A stretch of 64,000 nt of DNA from Eledone cirrhosa (lineage: Eukaryota), in the NCBI GenBank assembly GCA_964016885.1, contig OZ024740.1, forward strand, positions 203,608,001 to 203,672,000. Direction: 5' to 3'. A program made the position numbers and the translations under genes. The notes beneath the pieces were generated by a model, which made no database searches, was not told the origin of the DNA, and saw only the letters and a program-made list of their open reading frames with translations. Numbering within the stretch: the stretch's first letter is position 1; each line of letters opens with the position of its first letter. Shown here piece by piece: positions 1 to 13,074 of this stretch.

Positions 1-561
1 ATTTGTTTTGCTTCCACATTTTATGTCATTTCGTTTGTTTTTAAATGACCTAGGTTTTTTTATTGTTGTTTTTTGTTCTTTTTTTAGCATTTACACCAAC
101 ACACACACCTAGATCGTTCGATCGTTAGCTTTCTCACTAGAAAGGGGTTTCTATAACGGAATAGTCCTACATTTCATCAGCGAAGCTTCGAAACCGAATC
201 TGAGCTTTTCCGCCTAGTAAGTTCATACTGTTTGCATTTTACACTCACCCTTTCTGTTTGTCATATTGTATCTTTCAGATACAATACAAATTATATTATA
301 TCGTATTCTGTGATACTTGCATTTACGTGACTCGAAGAGCCACCAACTTATTGTACGAATATTTCATGTTATAGATTTTATCATTCAATGTTCAAATTGA
401 ATATTGTTATTGTAAAATAAACATTGTAACAACACAATCCTGGTATTATTCTTTTCATCAAAACCATCATACCAACAATCCATTCTATTCGTTATACACG
501 TTATAAAATGGTAGTACTACAAGGTTTAATGAGAAAGCAACGAAGTGAATCATTTAATAAC

Positions 562-745
562 TGTTTCTACTTTTGGCATAAGGCCAGCAATTATCCCAGT
601 GTATTACTGGTACTTTATTTTATCGACCCCGTAAGGATGAAAGCCAAAATTAACCTCGGCGGGATTTGAACTCAGACCATAAAGGGCCGTAACTCTTTGC
701 TGCGAAGCATGGCGTCCGACCCTCTACCGATACTGCCAATCCTTA
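562..745 (-). mobile_element. tRNA-derived SINE, family A
   Basis: B-box GAGTTCAAATCCC and core CTTTCATCCTTACGGGGTCGATAAAATAAAGTACC; flanked by duplicated TGAATCATTTAATAAC. Full or partial copies also near 1911, 4712, 4915, 5505, 6334, 6716, 8835, 9020, 11810, 24100, 29010, 32725 and 45390. Confidence 0.85.
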
Positions 746-1179
746 TGAATCATTTAATAACATTCGTAAAATGAACTGATTACTTAATTGCTGTACAAAT
801 TCATTAAAAGCCCGTTTGACAAGAAAAACCAATATCACCTATGATTTCAAACACAATAGCTATTAAAAATAGCTATTGTTGTTTATTCCCATAGGAGAGC
901 AACTACCTTATAACTGTGGCGTGTGTCTTCGATGTCATTCGGTAAGTACAATGAATAACATATATATGTAAATGTAGCACATAAAAATTGATAACTTGTT
1001 GAATAAATCGTAGACTACAGTTGTCGTGTGCTTATACAGAAACAACTTCAGTGACAACTGTTTTCATTTATTACAAAGCAGAGTAACAAGGATCTAATAA
1101 AACAAAACAATAAAATAAAAAATAAACAAAACAAAAACTAACATGGCGAGTATTTTATTCCTTTATTTGATGTATGAAG

Positions 1180-1620
1180 TATCCCCGTGTGCTTCACTAA
1201 GACCCTGGCAAAGAGGATTGACAGCTTCGATAGCAGAGCCCTGAGGACCATCAAAAACATCAGATGTGACCACCAAGTTTCCAAAAAAGTGTTGCGTGCG
1301 TGCATGCATCAGCCCACGGCTTCCCGCCTCATAGCTATCCACTGCTTGCGCTGGTACGGACATGTCCTCCGCCTTCATCCTACACAAGTCTTACACTCAT
1401 TCGACGCAGCGGCTGCAGGCTGGAAGACGCCCCGCACCAGATGGCTGGATATCATCAAGGAAGATCTCCGGATGCTCGACATCACGTTGGAGGATGTAGA
1501 GGAGCTGGCATGGGACCGCCAGCGATGGAGGGCGCTGGTGGACCTGGACGGCTCTACACACAAGGCTTTGGGGTCGTTGGCTTAAGATAACCCTGGCCTC
1601 GTTGAGCAAGAGCAAGAAGA
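1180..1620 (+). mobile_element. 3' fragment of an RTE-like non-LTR retrotransposon
   Basis: Translation LRWYGHVLR...PRTRWLDIIKEDL...DRQRWRALV is typical of LINE ORF2 C-termini; short CAAGAG-like tail. Confidence 0.75.
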
Positions 1621-1910
1621 TTTCTGTTAAATAAACTAGACATGGGCAACCTTTTTCAACCATTTGGTCGCATGAGATATGGCTCACCATAAGACAAGCC
1701 GTGTTACTAAAACATTCAAAGTGTTTTTCGTTAAGCGTGCCATTCAGAAAGCCAAAATGGACCGCAGTTTGCGTTTGCCTATGGCTACTTTAAATGATAT
1801 ATAACAGACCTGTCAACTCTCCCCGTCCGACGGGGAGATCTCTCACCCACCCTGTGGGTGAGAGATGTCTTTTGTGAAAATGGGTATAGCTTTCATTATG
1901 TAAAATATTC

Positions 1911-2088
1911 AAGGGCGGTGAATTGGCAGTATCGGTAGAGGGTCGGACGCCATGTTTTGACGCATAGAGTTACGGCCCTTGCCATTCTGAGTTCAAATCC
2001 CGCCGAGGTTAACTTACGGGGTCGATAAAATAAAGTACCAGTAATGTACTGGTTAATTGCTGGCCTTGTACCAAAAAGTAGAAACAAT
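1911..2088 (+). mobile_element. tRNA-derived SINE, family A, with target-site duplication
   Basis: A/B boxes; direct repeat ATTATGTAAAATAT on both flanks. Confidence 0.85.
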
Positions 2089-2374
2089 TATGTAAAATAT
2101 CCCCATTTTGCCTATTTTCATACATGCATACAATTATATATATATATAAGTATGTACACGTACATACATATATGTATACAGACGTACAGTAGTATGTATA
2201 TATATATACATACATGCACACAAATATATATGTACGTATGGATTCACCGAACATTTATTATAATGCTCGGTGTGTTTGTAAACAAACATCCCGTATTAAG
2301 CCGTAGTGTCCAGCAACCAGCCGTTAATATGCATAAGGTAAGTATATACGTTCAACAATCTGGCAGGAAGGTAT

Positions 2375-2417
2375 ACGTTGCTGACGATAGCTAATAAGCT
2401 TGAAACTAGTACACCGT
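2375..2417 (+). ncRNA. Minimal type I hammerhead ribozyme
   Basis: ACGTTG-CTGACGA-tAGCT(aata)AGCTt-GAAA-CTAG-TA-CACCGT: canonical core, palindromic stem III, GUA triplet, stem I with one mismatch. Confidence 0.75.
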
Positions 2418-2611
2418 TCCTTTGTCAGTGTTGAACAAACGAGCAACGATGGTTGCTGGACACGGCATACGTCAAGACGGGCGGTCTCAAAAGTGAAACT
2501 AATTTTTGACATTGTGAATTTTTTTTTTTTTTTTTACAACGCAATTGTATGGATTTCTTAATATATATATATGTGTGGGTGTGTATATGTGTGTATATAT
2601 ATGTGTGTGTG

Positions 2612-2658
<47 letters not shown>

Positions 2659-2995
2659 TTGTATATATATATGTGTTTGTGTCATCATCATCGTTTAACG
2701 TCTATCTTCCACGCAAGCATGGGTTTAGACGTATATATGTTTGTGTGTATATATGTGTTTGTGTGTATATATATATGTGTGTTTGTGTGTATATATATGT
2801 GGCCACATACACATATATATATATACAGACACACATATATACACACAAACACACATATATATACACACAAACACATATATACACACAAACATATATATAC
2901 GTCTAAACCGATGCTTGCGTGGAAGATAGACGTTAAACGATGATGATGACACAAACACATATATATATACAAACACACATATATATATATAAGTG

Positions 2996-3112
2996 AAGGC
3001 GTGTGACTGAGTGGTTAGAGAATTGGATTCGCAATCGTAAGGTTGTGAGTTCGATTCCTGGACCAGGCGATGCGTTATGTCCTTGAGCAAGACACTTTAT
3101 TTCACGTTGCTC
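2996..3112 (+). mobile_element. tRNA-derived SINE, family B (CORE-like GTCCTTGAGCAAGACACTT)
   Basis: A-box-like TGACTGAGTGG and B box GTTCGATTCC; inverted copy at about 3722-3841; relatives near 11566 and 23880. Confidence 0.75.
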
Positions 3113-4184
3113 CTTCTACCTGGAGTTGCGACCGATAGATAGTATTAGCAATTGTAAAGACCAACGGAAACATTGTTCCCTCGGTCCGATTTGACGAAAG
3201 TCGATCGATTTTTTTTTTTTTTTAATATATATATATATACATACACACACACATATATATACACACATATACACACCCACACATATATATATATTAAGAA
3301 ATGCATACAATTGCGTTTGTAAAAAAACAAACAAATTCACAATGTCAAAAATTAGTTTCACTTTTGAGACCGCCCGTCTTGACGTTTGCCGCTGGACACG
3401 ACGGCTTAATACGGGATGTTTGTTTACAAACACACCGAGCATTATAATAAATGTTCGGTGAATCCATACGTACATATATATATATGTGTGCATGTATGTA
3501 TATATATATATACATACTACTGTACGTCTGTATACATACTTATATTTAAGTAACAGCCGTACTAAGAGTGGGAAATGAAATTTCGTTTCATTTTTTCCGA
3601 TTATATATATATATATATATATTCTAGTCGATCGACTTTCGTCAAATCGGACCGAGGAAACTATGTTTCCGTTGGTCTTTCCAATTGCTAATACTATCTA
3701 TCGGTCGCAACTCCAGGTAGAAGGAGCAACGTGAAATAAAATGTCTTGCTCAAGGACATAACGCATCGCCTGGTTCAGGAATCGAACTCACAACCTCACG
3801 ATTGTGAATCGAATACTCTAACCACTCAGCCACACGCCTTCACTTAATATATATATATATATATATATATAAACATGTATAAATACATAGCATATCTGAT
3901 ACACACACGAATAAACATATTTGTGTACTCAAACTTTGCTAGGTCTGTAATCAGGCTTGTTTGATTCAATATAAAACTGAAAACGTGACATAATAGAGAT
4001 AATCCGGAAAACGAAACACCGTATCAACGCACGTTTAATTATTTCTTGCATAAAGTCAAAAAACAAACAAACTCGTAAAAGTAGTCTGCCTGTCCCGTGA
4101 TTATTTCGCATTTCGACCACAACATCAACGAGGGCATTAACAAAGAGCCTGTAAAATCTATTATTCAACGAGTACATAATCTTT

Positions 4185-4404
4185 ATGGCATTGACGAGGT
4201 TACTGAAATACTCAGCTTCGTATTATATTGAAGCTGTAGTGCGTCACTCATCGCCAGCTTGTTACCTGAATAAATCGGGAGACTCTACTCGTTCTTGGCA
4301 TCGCAAACAAAACCAATATAGAAATTATTACAACCAGTGTGACCATAAAGACAATGCTTTGAACAAATATGGAATTATATCTGTTGCAACGGCGGCAGCC
4401 TTTG
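4185..4404 (+). CDS. SUOX: Sulfite oxidase exon 1 (mitochondrial presequence and start of hydrophobic sorting segment)
   Basis: ATG at 4185 encodes an Arg/Ser/Leu-rich N-terminus (MALTRLLKYSAS...). The 220-nt exon ends at donor TTTG|GTAAGG (4405) in phase 1, matching the phase-1 acceptor at 18586 and giving the continuous hydrophobic stretch GIISVATAAAFG-LYAYL. Confidence 0.7.
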
Positions 4405-4455
4405 GTAAGGCATTTTTCTTTGTTTACCCGAGCTCGTAAATTTGAACGCATACTA

Positions 4456-4511
<56 letters not shown>

Positions 4512-7149
4512 AATGTAATCTGAGTTTTTCGAATATTAATAATAACATTCGATTTGTTTTCAATTATGCAAACAAGCCTCAATTTTATAGCCATGTCACT
4601 AGAATGAACACTTAATTCTTGCTGGCATGAACACTGTATTCTTGTTGGCATGGCTATAAAATTGAGACTTATTTGCATAATTGCAAACAAATCAAATGTT
4701 ATTATTAATATGGGGTCGATAAAATAAAGTACCAGTAATGCACTGGAATAATTGCAGGCCTTGTGCCTAAAGTAGAAACAATTATTAATATTCGAAAAAC
4801 CCATTACATTTATTGTATTCAGCCATGCAGAGAGAAATTTTCTTATATATATATATAATGCATGTATAAGCATGTTTTTATTATATGTATGGTGTGTGTT
4901 TATTATGTGCACATAGAGGTCGGTGAATTTTCAGAGCTGTTTAACGTCGGACTAATGCATAACAGGATTTATTCCAGCTCTTTGCATTCTGTTTCAACTT
5001 CTGCCGAGGTCAACTTTGATTTTCATTCTTTGGAGGTTAATAAAATGAATTATCAACCAAGTATTGCGGTCAATTTAATCAACGTTTTCCTCTCCAGAAT
5101 TACTGGCCTTTTGCCTAAAGTAGAAATTATTACGTGCATTCATCAGACAAGGATCCCGTGGTTACAAAGGTGAAACTTCAGAGTAACAAGACTAATCACT
5201 TATAAGTGTATTGAGTACTCATGCTCACATTTGTCAATATCACATGGATATACAGGGTGTCCCAAAAGTCACTAGACAATTTTATACAAATATATATATA
5301 ACATTGTCTTGGGACTTTATATATATATGTGAGGTGAATGAATCCTGATAAATTATTGAAATAACGATGTGGATTCGATCCTCAAACCGAGCTATCGAAA
5401 ATATAAAACCGGTATATATATATAACTGTTTCTACTTTAGGCACAAGGCCAGCAATTACCCAGTGCATTACTGGTACTGGTATATATATATAACGTTATT
5501 TAATCTGAGTTCAAATCCCGCCGAGGTTGACTTTGCCTTTCATCCTTACGGGGTCGATAAAATAAAGTACCAGTAATGCACTGGGTAATTGCTGGCCTTG
5601 TGCCTAAAGTAGAAACAGTTATTTAATCCCAGGTCCACTCTAAGTGACCAGATTTGTGATCAGATTTTGCGTTCCAGCCATTTACAGTGTCTTTTTAAAA
5701 ATGTTATTTGATGGGAATTTGGCTGCTATTTCTTATAGTTCGAACGACTATTTCGAGGCTCCTTCGTAAACTTAGTTATAACTAACTTAATCTAACGTGT
5801 TGTTCCCCCTTTTTTAGAAGTTAGTTATTTGAGGGGAATTTGGCTGCTATTCTAACAGCTCAAACGACCACATAGAGGCTTCCCTGTAAATTCATTTATA
5901 GCTAACTTATCTGCTGTGTCCTTTCTTTTTTAGTAGGAAGTGTTGAGGGATATATAGCTGTTATTTCTGATATTACGAACTACAACCTAGAGATTTCCCC
6001 ATTAAGCTCGGTTATATTTTGATGTGTGTTTGAGATGTATTTTGTCAAGTATCATTTCTATATAAAAAAAAAATTGCTATAAACATTTTGTATAATTTTG
6101 GAAACTCAATTGTTAAAAAATAAGAGGACAACCCCATTCTGGTGTTTGATTGAGTGTGCATGTTTCCTCCCTTCTTTCTTTTATTTTCTTCACTTTTTAA
6201 GTACTCTATATGTGTGTGTGCGTGTGAAAGGAATATATATATACATATATATAAATCTGAAAAAAAAAATGGGATAATATTTTCTTATAATTATATTTAA
6301 AAAAAATCCATCCTGAATATTTGTGTTTGTTATATCGGTAGAGGGTCGGACGCTATACTGTCCAGCATAGTTACGTCCCTTTACGATCTGAGTTCAAATC
6401 CCGCCGAGGTTGACTTTGCCTTTCATCCTTACGGGGTCGATAAAATAAAGTACCAGTAATGCACTGGGTAATTGCTGGCCTTGTGCCTAAAGTAGAAAGA
6501 GTTATGTTACCCACTTCGATGTTTTGTTTTAATGTTGCTTTGATGGAAAAATAAACAATGGTTAATATGCCAGAATGGCTAGAGTGTCTGAGAAAATACC
6601 TCGTGGCGTTTCTTTACGTTGAGTTCAAATTTCGACTAAGGTCGACTTGTTTTTTTACTTCGTAATAGCGAGTTATCTATTGTATCTGGTATTATGAAAG
6701 TGGTATAGTGGGCGATGGCGGCGAATTGGCAGAGTTGTCAGAACGTCGTAGAATGATATGCGGTATTCATTCCAGTTTTCTGCGCTCTGAGTTCAAATCC
6801 ATCCGAGGTCAACTTCGCCTTTCATCCGTTCGAGATCGATAAATAAAGTATCAATGTTGTGGTCGATTCTTCCTCTACCCCTCTTTCTTACTTCGCATTT
6901 TCTCTCGGTAAATTTTTACTTAAAATCAGTCCCGGGTTCGAAAGAATTTTTTTCTAAGTTTTTATTCGTGTGTTTTCAATAATTCTGACCTCCAAACCTG
7001 TCGGAAATTACTTATTTTTCCGATATGGGAGGAGGAAGAGGGAGTTAACCTTGGAGTTTCCCATTCTCAAAGATTTCATTACAATTTTTCCTACTTTTAA
7101 AAAAAATTTTTTTTTTTTTAGAGTTTTGAACGAATCTGACTTTCGAAAC

Positions 7150-7740
7150 TTTGAAATTATGGTAAATTTATAGAAAGACACTCCAACCGATTTCAATGGG
7201 AAATATTTATATCCCGCCCTCCAGTCTGCTATTAATTAAACTTACTTTCTAAGGACTATTTTCCGCAGAAAAGGAGAGGTGAGGGATCCTCAGACCCCAC
7301 CGTCTACCAAGTTTACTTTACCATTTCATTTTTTTTCCCGCGTGCTACTTACCTTACCTTCGAACATGCTGCAAAGGACTTTTTTATCCCTGGCAAACGG
7401 AGGTGGATGATCCCCCACCACTCCTCAGAGTTTTTCTTTACTCCCAACTTCAATCCTAAGCTCCGGGAGGGTGTGTTAAATGTCCAGGGGGAAAAAAGTC
7501 CTTTGCAGCTTGATAAGAGGTAAGATTAGTTGGTAGCACATGAAAATTAAAAAAACAAAAAACAAAAAAAAAAACGAGGGGAAAAAGTGGTAAAGAAAAC
7601 GCCGAGAGTTCTTGCCCTGCCTTTTCCTGGGAAAATGTCCTTAGGTAAGTTTAATTGATAGCACGCGAAAAACTCGAAGAAAAAAACATTCCCGCTGAAA
7701 TCGGTAGGGGTGTCACTCTATAATAATACTGAAATTATTT
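7150..7740. mobile_element. Old degenerate fold-back element / MITE
   Basis: Several nested inverted blocks, e.g. GACACTCCAACCGATTTCA (~7177) versus TGAAATCGGTAGGGGTGTC (~7696), and CTGCAAAGGACTTTTT versus AAAAAGTCCTTTGCAG. Confidence 0.55.
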
Positions 7741-9135
7741 TAGTTCCATAGGTGTGTGGGGTGGGGGTAGTAATTGTACTCAGTATTTTCTTAGCCCTAA
7801 TCCTTCTCCATTCTGTCCGCCGGGGCTGTGGGGAGGCCAGCATGTGGGACCCCATTTACTCATCATACGGAGAGATGGAGAGGGCGAGAGAGATGGATGC
7901 AATGACAGTGGGAGTTCGGCTCTTCCACGTTCGGACCATATCCTTGTGGTTGTTTTCATCAAACCCTAGTGCAGTAGTGAAATCAGTGCCTTGTGAGTGG
8001 GATATAATCTTTATGTATGTTGTTAGGTTAAGCTAATTACATACCAGGAAACACTGCTTTTAACCTGCGTGTTTTGTTTGATGAGACACTTCTTTGCCAG
8101 TATCCTTCTCTTGACAGGTTTCATTGGATTGTTTATTCAATTTGAAATCACTTTGATTTATCAATATGGCTTAGTGTGAAATAAGGGGATTTGAATTTTT
8201 AAAAAATATTCCTCCTGGTTTCAGGTCACATAATGATTATGTAGGTTTTTGTCCGCTGTGAAGTTTTCATCATGGACTGGACTGATATATTTTTTTTTTA
8301 TTGAGCCAGAAAGGATGTCAGGCAAAGTAGATCTCAGCTGGATTTGAACACAAAGTGCGGAGACAGAACAAATATCGCAATGTATTTCTGTTTAACGACT
8401 CTGTCAAATCGACCACTTTTTGCGTAAATTCAGTCTAACTCCATTAACACAATATACTAATTTTATTTACAATTGTATTAATAAAATTACGAATGGGGAG
8501 AGGGTAAAGAAGGGCAGATCTGGCTGTATGGGAAAGTAGAGGAAAGGATTATAAAAACCATAAGGGGGGGGGGGAGCAAGGGGTCTATGGCCACAGAAGA
8601 AAAGGTGAGGAGAGGGTGATGGGCTCTGAGCCTAGGGCATGGTGGTGTTGGGGCTGTGCATACAAAACTTTATTAACTGAAACTGATTATATTTACAATA
8701 ATTCTGTTCTTATTATCTTGTTGTAATTTGCTTTATAAAATTTGATTATACATATTGAGAACAGATAAGCCAAGTAAGCTAACAGTACATACTGAGATAA
8801 AGTCACGTTTAAAGTGGTATTATGTACAGAAACAGCGGTGGTTTGGCAGTATCGATAGAGCGTCAGATTCCATGATTTGCAACGTAGTTATGGCCCTTTG
8901 CGTTCTGAGTTCAAATCCGCCGAGGTTAACTTTGCCTTTCATCCTTACGAGGTCGATAAAATAAAGTACCAGTGATGCACTGGTATAATCGCTGGCCTTG
9001 TACCAAAAGTAGAAACTCTAAGGGTGGTGGATTGGCAGTATCGGTAGAGGGTCGGATGCCATACTTTGCAGCAAAGAGTTACAGCCCTTTATGGTCTGAG
9101 TTCAAATCCAGCCGAGGTTAACTTTGCCTTTCATC

Positions 9136-11425
9136 TTTAGGAGATTAGTATCGGTGTATATAAATATTATCAAGAATGACAATAAATGCAGGTGAGAGTT
9201 GTGACATGGTTTTACTTCACAGAAGTCAAATAAATTGTTATAAATAATTGTTACCACATGTTGATGTTCAGGTGGTCACAACTCCCAGACTGGAGTGTGT
9301 AAGGTTCAAGTGTTTCTTTAGGCTGCCGGTGTTCTTCTTCTTGGGTGCGAAGGAAGTGAAACAGGAGTCATCTCTTGACAAGGTCTCGGGTGTTCTTGTC
9401 CCTTCGAAGTTCAGGAGTAGAGTGTGTCTTATGGCTTGATTGTCCTCGACTATATAGTCCCCAGGGGGACGCAACTCCGTTTAGTACATGAATCTGCCGC
9501 TGGGAGTCGCACCGTGCTGAGTCACAGCCGTAAGGGGCCGCTTCAGTACCCTCCTCCAGACGCTAGGCGAAAAGCCCGAAGGTAACTGTAGCGAACCCAC
9601 AAGCATGGGCTCCCAGCCAGGCATGAAATATCAACGCAAGGGGTACATGTATGAAATCAGGCATGAAATGGTAAAGAAAAGGTACATAGTAATACAATAA
9701 AGAGAAAAACAAAAAAAAGACTCCAGTGGCCAGTTCACATGAAAACAGTTTGGCAGAGTTTGTTTCCAAAAAGGCTCCAGTGGCCAGTTCATATGATAAA
9801 AGTTTGGAAGAGTTCCTTGGGCCAGTGGACTCTTCGACCGGAACGGGTCGTGGTCTTGTATCTTGGTGATGAGGGGTGGGGGGCAAAGAAACAGGTGTGT
9901 GTGCAAAAGAGAAAGATGGGGGTGTATGTGGCTCAGGTGTGAGCATCTGTGTGGACCCATTTAAGTCTATCAACCGCAATGGTCTCTCTGGATCCCTTAA
10001 TGTCTACAGTGAAATGTTTATCAGAACGAGCTAATACACGGTAGGGTCCAGAGTACGGTTGTGTGAGAGGTGGTCTCACGGCATCGTTTCTTACGAACAC
10101 ATGGGTCCACGAGGCAATATCCCTCGGAACTGCAGCTTTAATAGTTTGTTTCCTAGTATTCATGGGCGGTAAGTCCTGAAAATAGGAGCGCAAACGAGAT
10201 ACATAGGAAACAGGGTCCTGGAAAGCAAGATCAACAGGGGCAAGCATTTGCCCAGGCAACGCTAGAGGAGCACCATACAGTAATTCGGCCGGGGAGAACC
10301 CAAGGTCCTCCTTTATTGATGACCGAATTCCTAACAACACAATAGGAAGGTACTCGCTCCAACGTTGAGAGTCTGGATAGGTGCGAAGAGCGGCCTTTAA
10401 TTGGCGGTGGAATCGTTCCACCATTCCGTTCGAAGCAGGATGATAGGCTGTGGTCCGAATCCGTTGAGCGCCAATGATCTTTGTGAGCTCAGAGAAAAGA
10501 TGTGACTCAAATTGTCTACCACGGTCTGTGGTGACTGTAGTTGGTACCCCAAAGCGAGTAATCCACCCTGATACCAGGGCACGCGCTACAGTTTCGGCAG
10601 TTATATCTTGTAAGGGGGTGGCTTCAGGCCATCGCGAAAAACAATCGATACAGGTCAAGAGGTACGAATATCCACTGCTGAATGGCCAAGGTCCAACGAT
10701 ATCAATGTGGATGTATTGAAACCGAGCATCTGGAGTACTGAAAGTACCAAGTGGAGTCCGGATGTGTCTGTGGACTTTAGATTTTTGACACTGTGTGCAG
10801 GAACGGCACCAGACAGTAATTTCTCGCCTCAGATTGGGCCAGAAAAATCTAGCCGTTATAAGCTTTACTGTGGCAGAAATTCCTGGGTGAGAAATGCTGT
10901 GCAAAGCAAGGAACACAATTCGACGGTGAGTCTCAGGAACAAGTGGTCATGGTGAATCCGTAGATACATCACATATAATCTGCCTGTCGGTGGTCGACAA
11001 GGCCAGATATTTGAAGATGCAAGTCGCAAATTCGGCAGAAAGAGTGTCCAACGATTGGAGTGCAGGTTGGTTTGCAGCTAAACGATCTAAGTCAATCTCC
11101 TGGGAGATGATGAGATGGAGCTGATTGGCAAACATGACAATGCGTCTGCAGCTATGTTATGCGAGCCAGCAATGTGCTGGATATCGTTTGTAAATTGTGA
11201 AACGTAGTCCAGGTGCCTTGTCTCTCTGGGCGAATATCTGTCGACTTTAGCCCTCAAAGCGAAGGTCAGAGGTTTGTGGTCGGTTGGCTTGATTGTCCTC
11301 GACTATATAGTCCCCAGGGGGACGCAACTCCGTTTAGTACATGAATCTGCCGCTGGGAGTCACGCCCGTCGCAAAGGGACGTAACTCTTATACGTGCTGA
11401 GTCACAGCCGTAAGGGGGCGCTACA
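9136..11425 (-). mobile_element. Internally deleted Ty3/Gypsy LTR retrotransposon
   Basis: 3' LTR at 9136-9545 with adjacent polypurine tract (reverse complement of GTACCCTCCTCCAG); partial 5' LTR at about 11284-11425; 4-bp TSD CATC; interrupts a family-A SINE. Confidence 0.9.
9933..11283 (-). pseudogene. Gypsy pol remnant: RNase H end and integrase
   Basis: DHKPL...QHIAG (RNase H end), HHCC zinc finger (HSISHPG...CTQCQ), DDE core ([23 protein letters not shown]) and GPY motif; frameshifted. Confidence 0.92.
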
Positions 11426-12107
11426 CATCCTTACGGGGTCGATAAAATAAAGTACCAGTAATACACTGGGATAATTGCTGGCCTTGTGCCAAAAGTAGAA
11501 ACAATTATGTACAGAAACAGCATAAAGTGCGAATGTTTATTTTTCAGTAATATTTGCCAGTTGTAAAGGCGCGTGGCGTAGTGGTTAATGTGTTCGGCTC
11601 ACGATCGTAATCTCGTGAATTCGATTCCCTGCAGCGAGTTGTTTTTGAGCTCCAGTCCATTCAGCTGACAAGAATTACGGTAAACGTATAGTATAGTGAA
11701 CCAATGTAAGGGACGAAATAAAAAAAAAAAAAAGGTTATTTTTCGACTATATTAACTATATATATATGTGTGGTATACATATAGGTATTAATTCTGTGTG
11801 TATATATAATTGTTTCTACTTTTTTGGCACAAGGCCAGCAAATACCCAGTGCATTACTGGTACTTTATTTTATGGACCCCGTAAGGATGAAAGGCAAAGT
11901 TAACCTCGGCAGGATTTGAACTCAGAATGGCAATGGACGTAACTCTATGTGTCAAAGCATGGCGTCCGACTCTCTACCAATACTGCCAATCCATCGCCCT
12001 GTATTAATGTAATAATACAGTACGAAATGAAGAGAAGTATAATAATATTATAAATAGAAATGAAAAAAAAATTGGAGTAGGGTTAGGCGTGCATTATATA
12101 TATATCC

Positions 12108-13043
12108 ATCTTGTTGCAAGCTGACCATGCTTGAGCCTTTCTGGTGGCGAAACCCTTCTCAGAGTCCATGATCCAGGACGCAAGATACTTGAAATCCTTG
12201 ACTTGCTTGATATCACTGCTGTTGATTGGTTTGATGCTGTTGCCTGTACAGTTTGATATGTACTCTGTTTTACCCTCGTTGAGATGAAGGCCAATGATGG
12301 CGGCTGCTTTCTGCTGAGCTGTCAAAAGTTGTTGCGCATTTTCTAGGCAATCTGCAGGAGCTGCAATGTCATCCGCAAAGTCAAGGTCAGTGAGATGTTT
12401 AGAGGGGTGCCTAGAGCTCATGCAGGGTTTGATGGTTATACCTTTGTTATTGATTTTGTCAATTGAGAGTCTCAGGGCATAGTCTAGTGCATTGATGAAG
12501 AGGAATGGGGCAAGAGTGTCACCCTGCAGCACATCTGCCGAGATGTCAAAGAACTCTGTTGGGCCATCAGGCAATCGAGTGTGGCACTCAAATCTTTCCA
12601 ACCACACTAAAATCAGACTCTTCCAAGTAACAATTCAACCAATTTTGCTATATGGAAGTGAAACATGGACGCTTTCATCCAAACAACAAAAGCACCTTGA
12701 TGGCACCTACAGTCGCCTGCTTCAACGCATTCAGAACATAAGCTGGCGACATCTGCCTTTGAGAGAGATATATGCCGGCCTCCCACGCATATCTGTCGTT
12801 GTACATAACAGGAGAGTAAGATTTGCTGGCCACTGCCATCGTGCCACCTATGAGGCTGTGGCCCCATTAGTGCTTTGGAAACCACAAGCAGTCACTAATA
12901 ACAGGGGATGCAAGCTCTCATACCCCGATTGCTATCCAGAGATTCTGGTGTTGAAATCCAGGACTTGGCAACGGCAATGAACGACAGACCCACGTGGAGA
13001 TCAATGGTTGAGTCCATTTCGGCTGAGGCCACCGGATGATGAT

Positions 13044-13045
<2 letters not shown>
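12108..13045. mobile_element. 5'-inverted RTE-like LINE fragment in (TA)n
   Basis: Minus-strand RT segment at 12108-12572 (QGDTLAPFLF, DFADD) abuts the plus-strand C-terminus at 12573-13045, which ends in an ATGATGAT tail. Confidence 0.85.

Positions 13046-13074
<29 letters not shown>

Noticed and set aside
1911-2010. tRNA-like A/B boxes here and in other SINE heads
   Set aside because: They are SINE promoters; no complete cloverleaf, so no tRNA gene is called.
3115-3208. Hammerhead-like 3' half (GAC-GAAA-GTCGATCGAC-TA, best seen in the mirror copy at 3622-3645)
   Set aside because: No intact CTGAnGA core or matching stem I upstream, so it was not counted as a ribozyme, though it may be a relic.
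3929-4177. Minus-strand ORF head-to-head with SUOX (possible divergent gene)
   Set aside because: No recognisable homology, only a weak donor and no downstream exon found; probably promoter or 5' UTR sequence.
5340-5378. GAATC-CTGATAA...GAAA...GATTC hammerhead-like string
   Set aside because: G8 is missing without compensation, and there is no stem II or valid NUH triplet.
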